This document shows positions 63,571 to 64,000 of a stretch of 64,000 nucleotides of DNA, one piece after another (positions within the stretch are counted from its first letter, which is position 1; every line of letters starts with the position of its first letter). The notes beneath the pieces are model-generated. The model was given only the letters and a program-made list of their open reading frames with translations. It did no database searches and was not told where the DNA came from. Source of the stretch: Psammoneis japonica (taxonomy: Eukaryota); NCBI GenBank assembly GCA_008632985.1, contig QPGO01000004.1:434001-498000 (forward strand). Reading direction: 5' to 3'. A program made the position numbers and the translations under genes.

Positions 63571-64000
63571 CACTGCAGCTTGAGACGGTGCTTGAGACAA
63601 ACGTCTTTTTTCAAGTCTGGGTACTCTATTTTCATATCATCCCCGATTCATTCGCTCTTTGATAACTTTCACTCAAAGACTATCCGAATCAATGACACAC
63701 CCATCTGCGTCTTTTATTCATTTACACTTATACTAAATCACGTATGAAAAACTCTCCCCTCTTGCTTCACACGCTCTTACAAATAGTAAGGACCCAGTCT
63801 CATTGCCTAAAAACCATGGTCCCATCTAAAAACCCATTTCCCATAATGATCTCAAACAGAAGGCGCGCCTTCATTGAAATCGCCTGCAAGATCAACATCT
63901 TGGAGTTTCTCGCTCGGTTCAGACAAACTCGGATTTTCCTTGATTCCCCAATCTGCTGTTTCTTCATGTTCCTGTTTAGGTTGTTTCCGACTAAACATCT

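Noticed and set aside
1..64000. CRISPR arrays, rRNA or tRNA genes
   Set aside because: No regularly spaced repeats or full RNA-gene structures were seen. The tRNA-Asn-like 11-mer at 48246-48256 is a PBS-position match, not a gene.
63851..64000. Possible 3' end of a minus-strand gene (…KLQDVDLAGDFNEGAPSV*)
   Set aside because: Too short, truncated by the window edge, and has no recognisable motif.

Overview
Eukaryotic nuclear DNA, most likely from a diatom or other stramenopile (compact genes with short GT-AG introns, diatom-type Copia elements). Three gene islands (~1-6.1 kb, ~20.5-35.5 kb, ~51.5-63.1 kb) alternate with two nested-transposon blocks (~6.3-20.3 kb and ~35.9-51.3 kb). The islands carry NSUN5, a PH-domain protein, V-ATPase subunit E, two F-box paralogues, LITAF, a GRIP golgin, a DnaJ-thioredoxin protein, hydrolases, a CDP-alcohol phosphotransferase/cytidylyltransferase fusion, a Gfo/Idh/MocA oxidoreductase, ClpB and a DEAD-box helicase. 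The blocks hold a full-length Ty3/Gypsy (9586-14709), a full-length Ty1/Copia (41422-48532), a gag-only LTR element, a piggyBac-type MITE and older relics. The main result is that inside the transposon blocks, but not in host genes, TpA has been largely converted to TpG or CpA. Paired LTRs show this arose after insertion and on both strands. Conserved Tyr codons became Cys or His (RT YIDD-type motif now CVDD) and a TTAA target site became TTGA, while CpG is largely retained in the younger elements. This resembles a repeat-targeted hypermutation running opposite to fungal RIP. No responsible enzyme is identifiable in the window, all counts are by eye, and a base-calling artefact must be excluded.
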